64,000 bases of DNA from Harriotta raleighana (Eukaryota), in assembly GCA_050575255.1 (NCBI GenBank), contig JBNZDD010013704.1:6925006-6989005 (forward strand), in the 5' to 3' direction. How positions within the stretch are numbered: the stretch's first letter is position 1; every line of letters starts with the position of its first letter. The notes beneath the pieces were generated by a model. It saw only the letters and a program-made list of their open reading frames with translations, had not been told where the DNA came from and searched no databases. The position numbers were made by a program, and so were the translations under genes. This document shows positions 36,984 through 47,773 of this stretch, in pieces.

Positions 36984-38360
36984 CAGTGATCCTAGAAAGA
37001 TCTTTTTGAATCAAATCCTATAATTTGATCATTGTGATTTTTGTGGCCACTCCCTTGTCTGGCAGTGGCTCATACATAACTTTGCCCCGTAGGCATCTAT
37101 GTTTTTTCTGCGAGATTAACAACAACAAAATGTACAGGCTTGACAGTAATGAACAAAACCCAAGATGTAAACAGACTTTAAAACTATTCTCACTTGAGGC
37201 TCTCTATATAACCCAGATCATTCGCACACACGTCTCGACCAAATCAGACCACAATATTTCTAAGCACCTTCTGAAGGCAAACCAATGATTCACACCCATA
37301 GAAGCGTTGATATCGTTCCGTTTTTCATTCATGCAATCAAATCTTATTTTTAAAAACAGAAATATCCATTTGCATCAGTTCTGAGCAAGATTTATTCACA
37401 AGAAAGTTTGTTAAACTTTCTGTTAACCCACAGGAATCAGCATCCTTAAGAGTCTCCAAACTGTACTAGTGAGAGTACCACATATGTATGGCTTACATTT
37501 TTCTTTCACCTAAGGAATGTACCCTGCTTACTTAACCCTGGAGGGTTTAAGTGCAATGTAATAAGTGCCAAGGCTTAAGACAAACTGGGGTTCTGCTGGA
37601 GTTTAAACATCTTGTCACTGTAAACATTTTGACTGGCAAGATTCCTGTTGCTTCCTCCACATAGGAAAATCCTAAGGGCTTTGACTCAATAATATGGTTA
37701 ACAAGAGTTAAGTGAGAAGAATTCCCAGTGACCTCACCTTCAAGCCCTCATGGCCTTGTTCCCCACTACCTAAGCCAACCCCTAACCCCCTACCAACCTG
37801 CCCGCTCCCTCCGCTCAGCAGTCCCCAGCCTGCTTCAATCCTCAGCCTTGCCAGCCCCACCATTGTGGGGCAGCCACTCTGCCCCTATCCTCTGGAATAC
37901 AGTGGACACTTGCCTAAAGAATCGGATTATCTAAATGACCACAGCGGATCAATTTGATTCCCATATTTAATTAACAGGTATGTCAACTTGCAGATAGCTC
38001 AGTCACAAATACACAATTTATCTTCCCTTTCCATCCAATGGAGATCATTTCCCCAACCCACTAGACTTTATTGTTGCCTTCTTCAAGCACTCTGAGTCGC
38101 CATCCGGCATGAAGGGCACTATATAAATCGAAGTAGTTGTTGTTGTTGTTCAAGGCCAGTCCTTTCCTCTGTGACTGCCCATTTGGTCAACTTTCCAAAC
38201 CCCCCACCCCCCCATTCCATCCCATTTATCATACATCCCTCTTGACTCCAGCACACAGCTCAGGTGTAAACCCTCAACTGTCCAGTGGCTTTGTTGTTGT
38301 TTAGCATGAAACAGACCCATGTTTGAGCCCTTATTCGGTGAAGAGGCATCAGAAGCTCAT

Positions 38361-38905
38361 CATAGAATTTTACGGCCCATCTAGTCTGTGCCGGCTCTTT
38401 GAAAAGAGCAACTCAATCCCACTGCCCAGCTTTCTCCCTATAACCTAACAGACCTGTTCTCCCTAAATAAAGATCTAATTCTCTTTTGAAAGCTGTTATC
38501 GAATCGGCCTTCACCACCTTTTCAGCCAATGCATTCCAGATTCCAACAACCCGCTGAGTGAAAAAATTTCTCCTCAGCTCCTCTCTGCTTCGTTTTGAAA
38601 CTATTTTAAATCTGCGACCACGAGTCACTGATTCGTCCACCAGTGGAAACAGTTTTTCCTTATTCACCGTGTCATCAATACCCTCATGATTTTATAAACC
38701 TCTATTAGGTCTCCTCTCAACCTTCTCTGTTCCAAAGAGAATAAACCTAGCCTATCTAGCCTTTGCTCATTACTGAAGTCCCTCAATCCTGGTACCATTC
38801 TAGTAAACCTTCTTTGCACCCTTTCCAATGCCTTAACATCCTTTCCATAGTGTGGTGACCAGAATTGGACACAGTACTCCAGCTGAGGCCTAACCAAAGT
38901 TTTAT
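38361..38905 (-). mobile_element. CR1 LINE 3' fragment
   Basis: [16 protein letters not shown]...[11 protein letters not shown]...FFTQRVVGIWNAL, one frameshift, CATAGAAT tail. Confidence 0.95.
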
Positions 38906-39379
38906 CAGAAGATGTGTGGTGAGCAGTCAGGGTATATCACTTGAAAACATTGTCATCAATTATCCTGCCTATAGGCCAGACATACATCGCTGCTCACTGA
39001 GCATGATCCCTATTTGTATGACTCACATTCTGGAACTTGGTTAAGAAATATCACCAATTAGACTCTGTGAGGGCAGGGACTGCTCATTTTTGACATTGAG
39101 TATAAAGACTGGAAACAATTTTCATTCCCCAGCTCCTCCCAACACAAGCTGCAGAGCAACCAGAGCTCTGCCGCCCGTGTCCTTTCGCACACCAGGCTCT
39201 GTGAGCCTACCAGCTTTTTCTTCACTCAGCTCCCCATTTCCCAACACATCAAATTCACATTAAAATCTCTGTGACTCCTGAGCGATCCTACCTCCCCAGT
39301 TGCTCCCTCCATTCGGAAGCATCATTGTGACATAAAAAAAACACAGAATGACATCCAACAAGCACAGGTTTGAAAAAAA

Positions 39380-39779
39380 AACCACAATAATAAAATTGGT
39401 CATTTGAATCCACGACTGTTTGTGGGACACTGCTGTGTGCAATTGGCTGCCACGTTTCACCCACATATGTACAGTCAATTCACTTTACAGTGAAGTGTGA
39501 GGTGTAGAGTGCATCCATAGTCTCAGGATGAAAAATCAGCCTTTTAAAACTGAGTTGAGAAAATATTTCTTCACTCAGAGGGTAGTGAATTTATGGAATT
39601 CTCTACCCCAGGAGGCTATGGATATTCAGTCATTGAACATACTAAAGACTAACATCAATAGTTTTTTTTAAAACGTTAAAGGGATTAAGGGATATGGGGC
39701 TTGGGCGGGCTGTGAAGTGCTTTGAGACATCTAGAAGATGTGAAAAGTGCTTATCAAATGCAAGGATTATTATTATTAT
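39380..39779 (+). mobile_element. SINE 3' half split by a ~200-bp inverted copy of 40269-40464
   Basis: Body stops at ~39497 and resumes at ~39712. GTGAAGTG occurs at both junctions. Confidence 0.85.
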
Positions 39780-40155
39780 GAACATATATCACTTTACGTA
39801 CTTTCCACACTTTTTGTTTTTCCCAAAACTAAACTGTCTAAATATTTAAAAATGCAATTCCTCATTTTTTACTACTCAATGTGTGAAGTAAACAAAGCAC
39901 ACAGCAGGAAACCAACACTGTTTGCAGTTAACTAAACTCGTGAGAAAGACCTTCATTGCTTTGTCATCATGACTGATAACTTCTTCCTCAGTGACAAAGG
40001 TCACTATCCATCCAAACGTCCGCTTGATGCATCCTCTATTTACCTCATGTAACAGTGATCTAACTTCATACAGTTGAATGTCAACAAGACTGTGGCCCTC
40101 CTGTTTGGCGTACGTCAGAACCTCCATACATTGACTCTGACAGCATCACCCTCCA

Positions 40156-40440
40156 TAAGAACATAAGAAGTAGAAGCAGGAGCAGGCCATTCAGCCCCTG
40201 AAGCCTGCCTCACTATTTAACAACATCATGGCTGATCTTCCATCCTAATTCTAGTTATCCGTTCAATTCCCATATCCCTTAATTCCTTTAACTTTTTTTT
40301 TAAAACTATTGATCTTAGTCTTAATTATGTTCAATGACTGAGTATCTATAGCCTTCTGGGGTAGAGAATTCCATAAATTCACTACTCTCTGAGTAAATAA
40401 ATATTTTCTGAACTCAAAGGCCGACCTTTCATCCTGAGAC
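40156..40440 (-). mobile_element. CR1 3' end
   Basis: CATAAGAACATAAGAA tail and FTQRVVNLWNSLPQKA motif. Confidence 0.9.
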
Positions 40441-40444
40441 TCTG

Positions 40445-40930
40445 GATGCACTCTACACCTCACAGCACCAATACAGAACTTCAACATCCCGTTTGATCCT
40501 CAACTGTCCTTCATCCCCCAAATCCATCCCATGGGCTGCTCCGCCTTTCCCCAATTCCACAATGAAGCCCAGCTCTTCCACTGTCTTACCCCAGGCTGTC
40601 GATAACCTCATCCACACATTTATCACATCCAGACTACTACACAAACTTCCTGCTTGTCGGCCTCCCCAACTCCTTCTACAGGCAGAAGATCATCTAGAAC
40701 TCTACAGCCCAAGGCCTCTTCCATATCAGGCTCCACAACCCTATCACGCCCATCTTTGCCTGACTCCACTGGCTCCCCATCACTCAGAGGATACCGTTCA
40801 AGATCCTGGTCTTCACCTTCAATACTCTCCATGGCTTTGCTCCTCCATACCTCTGCGACTTGCTAAACCGCTACCAAACTAACTCAGATTCCTAACTGTC
40901 CAGCGCTTTGGGACGTCCTCCTGACGTGAA
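40445..40930 (+). mobile_element. L2 LINE 3' fragment
   Basis: LIHTFITSRL motif, TTCAAGATCCTGGTC and tail GCGCTTTGGGACGTCC. Confidence 0.85.
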
Positions 40931-43900
40931 CGACAACAACAACAAAATTACACTTGTATCGCGCCATTCACGTCAGGAGGCCATCCCAAGGCACTGGACA
41001 GTCACTGTCAGGTGTCAGGAATTGAGCATGGGGGAGGGCGCAGAGTAGGACAGAGGGAAGGGAGAGAGGTGGGAAGGCATAATACAGCATACACATAATA
41101 TAGACTGAGACTCCTCATTGTGCTGGTCATTGTCCGAAGGGCACAGGTTCCTGTGAAAGAGTTTTACTTGTGATCTGTGCTGATGTGATACATGGCAGAT
41201 GCAGCATTTCCATGTACAATTCTGAGGTGAGAAGGTCATGGATGTAGGGTGGGACGAGGTTGTGGAGGGCTTTAAATGTGAGGACCAGGCGACACACAAA
41301 TGCAATTTGTTGTTGAAACACAACAACTTTAGGTTAAAAAGTTCAAACGTGCTGTCATTGTGTATGTAAAGGAAAAACAGGATTTTATTTTAAATTAACT
41401 TGTTAACAGTAAACACAAACTGGATTTAGTCAATAGCATTGTGGGAACCCTTTTTGTCTGTGTGTTTCTGTGCTCATGACTGTGCATCAATGAAAGACAG
41501 CTGTTTAAATTCCACGGAATTCTCTTTTGTTCCTTATAATGATAAATTCATTGTATGCTTATTCGAGAGAGTGTGCTTTGACTCGATGGGTAAAGGGACT
41601 GGATTAAATTGCAAAATGCATTGTATGCCTTGAGAGGTTGACAACATTTTCTCAGAATTGTGCAGTATATGGAAATGTGGGTGCACTTCTGACAATGACC
41701 AGCACAATGCAGAGTCTCAGTGTATATTATGTGATGTTATCATTTCGGATGGAATTTAGGTGTTAAAAATAGCCATGAAATAATGACGCAAAGACAGTGG
41801 AAAAGTGGACAAAGGCATTTCTATTAATAACAACCACCATTTCTCCATTTAAACCATAACAGGTATAATTGGTTTAAAAATAAATGTCTATAAGGTCTCT
41901 CAACCGACAAAGTATATTTTTAAGAGTATATTATGCCCTCCCACCTCTTTCCCTCCCCTCTCTCCTATCCTGCCCCTTGCCCATGCTCAATTCCTGACAC
42001 CTGACTATTTAGCACCTTTGAACGTCCTCACAACGTGAAAGGCGCTCTATAAATGTAGTTTTTTTGTTGTTATTGTTGCATACAGCATACAGGCCCCAAA
42101 AGAGCATTAACAGAGCTGATCTAGTGGCTTTCCGTGCACAGCGTCATGCATTGATGTCAGCAGTGACCTGATAACTCAGAAGCTCCAACCAGCAGCCCAA
42201 ATAAATAGCCCAATACAAAGCGGGGCTAATGGACCCGATATGCCACCTTATCATTGGATGTAGCACTATGTATATGAGAAACTGGCAAGTGCTTGACTGC
42301 TAAAAGTGACTGAAGTTTGTAGTTGCCATCTCTAAGATCCCAAACAAAAATACTAAAGGTCTGTGTAATGATGATGTTATCATTTCAGCTGGAATTTAGG
42401 TGTTAAAAACAGCCGTGAAATAATGACGGAATGACAGTGGAAAAGTTGGCAACGACGTTTCTATTAATAACATCCACCATAACAGGTATTATTGGTTTAA
42501 GAATAGATGTGTGTAAGGTCTCTCAAACAGACAAAGTATATTTTTAACCAAATGTAGAAATAACAGGAATGTACACAATCTACAGAACAATGCACCAGGA
42601 CAAGGAAAGGTATTGATACTAAATCTGACCTAATGCTGTATAAATGATGTATGGTGCTCCCTCCTTTACCATCACTTCCTGCAACTCCATATATAAATAG
42701 ACTTCTGCCCTTTCCCTTAAGGGCACCACTTTCTACCAATTGGCAGATGATATACTACCTGACCTCTGTTGACGGATTTATAATCCAGAAAAATTTCTCA
42801 ATGATGCAAGGAAAACATCTGATGCTGTTAGTATAACAGTAAACCTTACATTAGATTTTGTGCTTTTCACATCATGTCTCAAAACGCTTCACACGATTAA
42901 ACAGTAAAGTGTGGCGACTTTGTATTGTTTAGGTGAATCCAGTCGCCAATTTTTCACACAGAAATGTTCCACAAACTTTTTTTGGCCCAGTGATTTTTGG
43001 CCTGGATACAGGGAGAAACTCGTTTTTCTTTTTAAATCATGCCATGGAATCTTTCAAGTGCCCCTGACAATCCCCTCCCCCATCATTTCACTGGATAGGT
43101 AGCCTATGTGAGTTCAAAGTCCTGATGTGCGGCTCGATTTAAAAAGTGAGCTTGACTGAAGAAGGCTTCCCATTAACACAATTTCTCAGGTCAATAATAT
43201 AACTTTTTAAAAATTATATCAATACAAAATATTAATGTTACACTCATAGGTTACATTAGTCAGTTTTGTATGCTCACAGCTCCTTCCGATCATAAAATTG
43301 CTCCTCGGTACATGGTATTCGGTGTCCCAGCACTATTGTGAGCAGAGACTTACTTCTATTCTATTGCACTAGAGATAATAGGTAAAGCCAACAATAACAT
43401 CATCAACAAATGCAACAATTATCATGAAATTCAATTTTTCTTTGCCAATATTGACCTTGGCAGAAGGTCTCTGCTTGGAGAATTGAATGCTGGGTGGATG
43501 CCAAGTGAAATGTCAGCAAACAAATCTCAGTAATGGATATCACGCTCTCTTTACCATATCAGAGGTTGTAGACTGAGACCTGGGCTCGCGACTCCATGAA
43601 ACCAAAACCATGTTTAGGACAGGGGAAATATATACCATGTTAGACTGACTATTAATAATCTATCACTATGGTTTGAAGCACCAATGCATTGTTGTTAATA
43701 ATGGGTGAAAACAGGTTGAAGTCTCAGCCCACCCTTCCTATTTCATTGAATTCCAGTTCTCCAGATAGGCACAAGATGGAATCCGGGCATTTGCTCCAGA
43801 GAGTGTGGGAGAGGAAGAGAAAAATGCAATTGGAAATATCCAACACCACCAATAACAACAACTTGCATTTATATAGTGCCCTTCCTGCAGAGTACCATCC

Positions 43901-44010
43901 AGGAGTGTTTGACCTTGCCAGAGTCTGACACCTACCCAGGAGGAGAGGGAGGTGGCAGGATGAAATAGGAAGGTATTTTAGGCGGGATTTGAAGGTAGGC
44001 ACTGAGCGGG

Positions 44011-44150
44011 CAACAACAACAACAACAAAATTACACTTGTATAGCAGCTTTCACGTCAGGAGGACGTCCCATGGGGTAAGGTGGAAGGTTTGAGGGAGAG
44101 AGTTCCAGGGTTTCAGGGAGTAGTGGCTGAAGGCACGGCCATCAGTGGTG
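44011..44150 (-). mobile_element. L2 3' tail fragment
   Basis: (CAA)n tail and RAFSHYSLKPWNSLP. Confidence 0.8.
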
Positions 44151-44164
44151 GAGCCGAGGAGCCA

Positions 44165-44864
44165 TCCATCATTGTCCATCACCTCCACAACATCGCCAGA
44201 TTCCGCCACTACCTCAGCCCCCGCACCGCCAAAAACCCTCATTCACGCCTTTATCACCTCCAGGCTTGACTACAGGGATTCTCTCCTTGTCGGCCTTCCC
44301 AACTCCTCCCTTCACAGGCTGCAGATCATTCAGAATTCTGTAGCCCGTGTACTCTCCCACACCAGGCTTCGTGATCACATCACTCCCATCCTCGCCCATC
44401 TTCACTGACTCCCCATTCCCCAGAGGATTGACTTCAAGATCCTCGTCCTCACCTTCAAGGCCATTCACAGCCTTGTCCCCGCCTATCTCTCTGACCTGCT
44501 GACTCCCTATCAGCCTGCCCGCACCCTCCGTTAAGCAGACTCAGGCCTGCTCCGTGTCCACCGTCCTAACCACCCAACCATCAGTGGTCAAGCTTTCAGT
44601 CTCTCTGCCCCCACATTATGGAACTCCATCCCACAGTCCCTCCGCCTTGCTTCCTCCCTTTCCTCCTTCAAGGTCGGTCTCAAGACCTTCCTCTTCGACC
44701 GCACCTTCGGTTTCTCCCCCCCCCCCAACTCTTCCCACTCTCCTTCCCCCTCCCCCTACCCCCTCATGCTCGGGTCCCGACCTGACTGTTCAGCGCTTTG
44801 GGACATCCTCCTAACATGAAAGGCGCTATACAAGTGTAATTTTGTTGTTGTTTTTGTTGTTGTT
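44165..44864 (+). mobile_element. L2 LINE 3' fragment, well preserved
   Basis: KTLIHAFITSRLDY...LQIIQNSVARVL...HITPILAHLH, RIDFKIL motif and (TTG)n tail. Confidence 0.95.
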
Positions 44865-45549
44865 GACATAATTTCCTGTTCTTTTGTAATAAACAAAATA
44901 TCAAATCTCCTCATTATTTCATGAAATTAAGCATTTGGATCATACCCATTATTAATCACCATATTTTTCAAAGAGAAGGTAAGTTTAGAACCTGTACTAT
45001 TCTTACTTTCCTTCTTTGAACCATATCCATTGCGTCTTTTGACACGCAATGCCATGACAAACAGGCCAGCAAAAGCCAGTCCACAGTTTAGCAATTGGGC
45101 CTGCGAACACTATGGAACAATTCTGTACACAAAACGCCTCTATGCTGTGCCCAGTTCCCTGAAAAGGAAAAGATTTGAAGATTTTTTCCTTTTGTGCTCA
45201 ATGCCATCTTCTGAATCTGCTTACTCTCAGCCAGTTTCACTTCTTACTTGATCTCAGTTTATCCATCGTACAAGCAATTTAAAACAAAGCAGAAGACTAC
45301 TGAAACCTACAACTCCCAACTTCTGCATCCTATTTTAAACCAAGAAGCTACAACATACATTGAAACATTTAAAATGGTTTGCTTTCTCTGCTGACATTTA
45401 CAAGTATGGTAGTACTCAGTGAGAGAATGATTAACAAAGGGTACAACTAACTAAACGACAAGTGACTGTTGTGTTACTCTTCCACTGTGATGAGTGAAAG
45501 AAATGCCATCTCAAAGGTTGATTTGGGTTGATTGGGTTGCTCTTCCAAA

Positions 45550-45637
45550 GAGTTCTGACGAAGGTCGTGAACCCGAAATGTTGACTCACTGGTGCCTAAC
45601 CAGCTGAGTGTTCCCGCAATTTCTGTTTTGTTTCAAC
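45550..45637 (+). mobile_element. Penelope-like fragment with hammerhead core
   Basis: GAGTT-CTGACGA-AGGTCGTGAACCC-GAAA-TG-TT-GACTC, then CAGCTGAGTGTTCCCGCAATTTCTGTTTT as in the 25540 copy. Confidence 0.7.
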
Positions 45638-45789
45638 CAGAGTTGAGTGATATCAATCTTTTAGTAGAACCAGATGAGATCTTAGAGGTGGACGAGTTAT
45701 AGGAACATGGGATTACACAAGGTGAAAGCACTATCGTCAATCCATCAACATCCATGTAAAAATATGAAGCACGAGCAAGAGAGAGCACT

Positions 45790-46015
45790 TGTGAGGGACT
45801 GAGGTGGAAGCTTTTTCCAGGGGAGGAAAAAAAATGGTGGAGGGCTTAGAAGAGGGGGGTGGGGGCGATATGGGAGGAGAGAGAGAGAGACAAGAAAGTG
45901 GTCCAAGATGGCTTGGCTGTGATAGATAGGTCAGAAATGTCAAGGCCATGTTTGATGATAAGGTTAAAGACATGGCCACAGTTGTGGGTGAATTGATATG
46001 GAGGGTGAAGTTTAG
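45790..46015 (-). mobile_element. L2 endonuclease-region fragment
   Basis: NFTLHINSPT motif, shared with NFSLHINSANHIHGH at 51432-52030. Confidence 0.7.
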
Positions 46016-46037
46016 AATAAACTTAATCGACATAAAA

Positions 46038-46452
46038 ATGGCGGCGGAGGAGGGTTTGGCGCCGCCGCCGCCACCGCAGCCGCTGTCACGACCAGAACCG
46101 ATACTGCTACCGAGGACCGCGGGCGCACGATGCAGATCTACGTCGCTTGCGTCTGTGTGTGCGGGGAACTGGGACAGGTACACCAGAGCACGGCGTCGTC
46201 TTCAGCGCCCATGGACGAGATGAGCTCGCTCGTCAGTGACATCTTTGAGCAGCTCACCTGCGAGGCCTTTTGTCTGGTCAGGAGCTGCAGGCAGAGGACC
46301 ATCTCGTCATGGCGGACCATCTCGTCACAGGAGACTATCGCGTCCCGGGAGATCCCGACCAGTGGTCGAGCTGTTGCTGCCAGGCGAACTCGCCAGATAT
46401 ACCGTGTCCAAGGTACCAGGGCCATCACCGAATCATCTGGTACAGCAGCTGA
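46038..46452 (+). pseudogene. Divergent, intronless histone H2B-like gene with frameshifts
   Basis: Reconstructed core VCVCGELGQVHQSTASSSAPMDEMSSLVSDIFEQLTCEAFCLVRSCRQR(TISS..)TIASREIPT/VVELLLPGELARYTVSK/GTRAITE/YSS* aligns to the H2B histone fold at about 43/85 identities. ATG in AAAATGG context at 46038, TGA at 46450-46452. Confidence 0.9.
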
Positions 46453-46515
46453 GGAGCCAGTCAGTTTTGGGGCCTTTTCACCACACTGGGCCTGGTTCCC
46501 GCCTTTTTGATGGAC

Positions 46516-46603
46516 TGTTGTTAATTGTTGTTGTTGCTTTTGCTGTTGTTTCTGTTGCTTTTTTTGTTTATTGTTGTTGATGTTGTTGTTTGTTGTTGTT
46601 GTT
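46516..46603 (+). repeat. Imperfect (TTG)n microsatellite
   Basis: Direct reading. Confidence 0.9.
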
Positions 46604-46639
46604 TAAATCCCCCGTGCCCCCTGACCTTTTCCGCTCACA

Positions 46640-46933
46640 AAAATAATAATCCTTGCATTTGTAATAGCGCTTTATCACATCGTCTACACATCTCAAAGTA
46701 CTTCACACAATGTACTGGAAAGTGAATTGACTGTATATTTGTGGGCGAAACCTGGCAGCCAATTGTGCACAGCAGTGTCCCACAAACAGTCATGGCTAAA
46801 TTATTATTATTGGGTATTTTTGAGGGACTATCAGGCATGTGGAGTAAGGAAACTTGCCCATAGTTTTGTCCTGCCAGGAATCAAACCCAAATCTTTCGCT
46901 TATGAGGCGAGTGCTCTAACCACTGAGCTACAA
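46640..46933 (-). mobile_element. Full-length tRNA/CORE/Deu-type SINE
   Basis: Tail through to head GTGCTCTAACCACTGAGCTAC. Confidence 0.9.
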
Positions 46934-47089
46934 GGTGGTGGTAGTATAAGAGAAAACCAAGGGATGTGCCACTCAACTACCAATGGTGAATCACCTCCTA
47001 ATTAAAGGGATTTAATATCAAAGGGAACCAATTATGCATTGCATTTGTACATTGAAATATTTCAGGTAAGTACTCTGACAAGTTAAGCT

Positions 47090-47773
47090 TTTAAAAAAGA
47101 GTATGGGATCCTTGGCTTTAGAAATAGAAGCACAGAGTACAAAAACAAGGAAGTTATGCTAAACCTGTATAAGTCACTGGTTAGGCCTCAGCTGGAGTAT
47201 TGTGTCCAATTCTTTTTGGAAGAATGTCGGGGCCTTGGAGAAGGTGCAGAGGAGATTTACCAGAATTTTACCAAGAATGAGGGACTTCAGTTATGCGGAA
47301 AGACTAGAGAGGCTTGGATTGATCTACTTAGAGCATAGAAGGTTAAGGAGAGCTTTAATAGACATGTTCAAAATGATGAGGGACTTCAGTAGGGTTGATA
47401 GGGAGAAACTGTTTCCTCTGGTGCCACAGCACACAGATTTAAGATAATTGGCAAAAGAATCCGAGGGAAGGCAGGGAGCATTTTTTACGTCCAGCGAATT
47501 GTCATGATCTGTCTAGAAGCATTGTGGGAGCAGATTCAACAAAATACAACAACAAAATTGCATTATAGCTCCCTGCACTTCGAGAGGATGTCCCAAGGTG
47601 CTGATTTGATAGTAACTTTCAAAGGTGAGTTGGATATGTATTTGAAAAGGAAGAATTTGCAAGGCTACGGAGTAAGAGTGGGCAAGTGGGACTAGTTGGA
47701 TATCAAAATACCAGCACAGGTATAATGGGCTGAATGGCCTCCCTCTGTGCTGTAATATTCTAAGATTCTATGA
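47090..47773 (+). mobile_element. CR1 LINE 3' fragment with an L2-tail insert at ~47538-47603
   Basis: [28 protein letters not shown] and tail AATGGCCTCCCTCTGTGC...ATTCTATG. Confidence 0.95.

Noticed and set aside
45737-46428. Minus-strand ORFs of 148 and 96 aa
   Set aside because: Antisense shadow of the GC-rich H2B-like sequence plus an L2 fragment.
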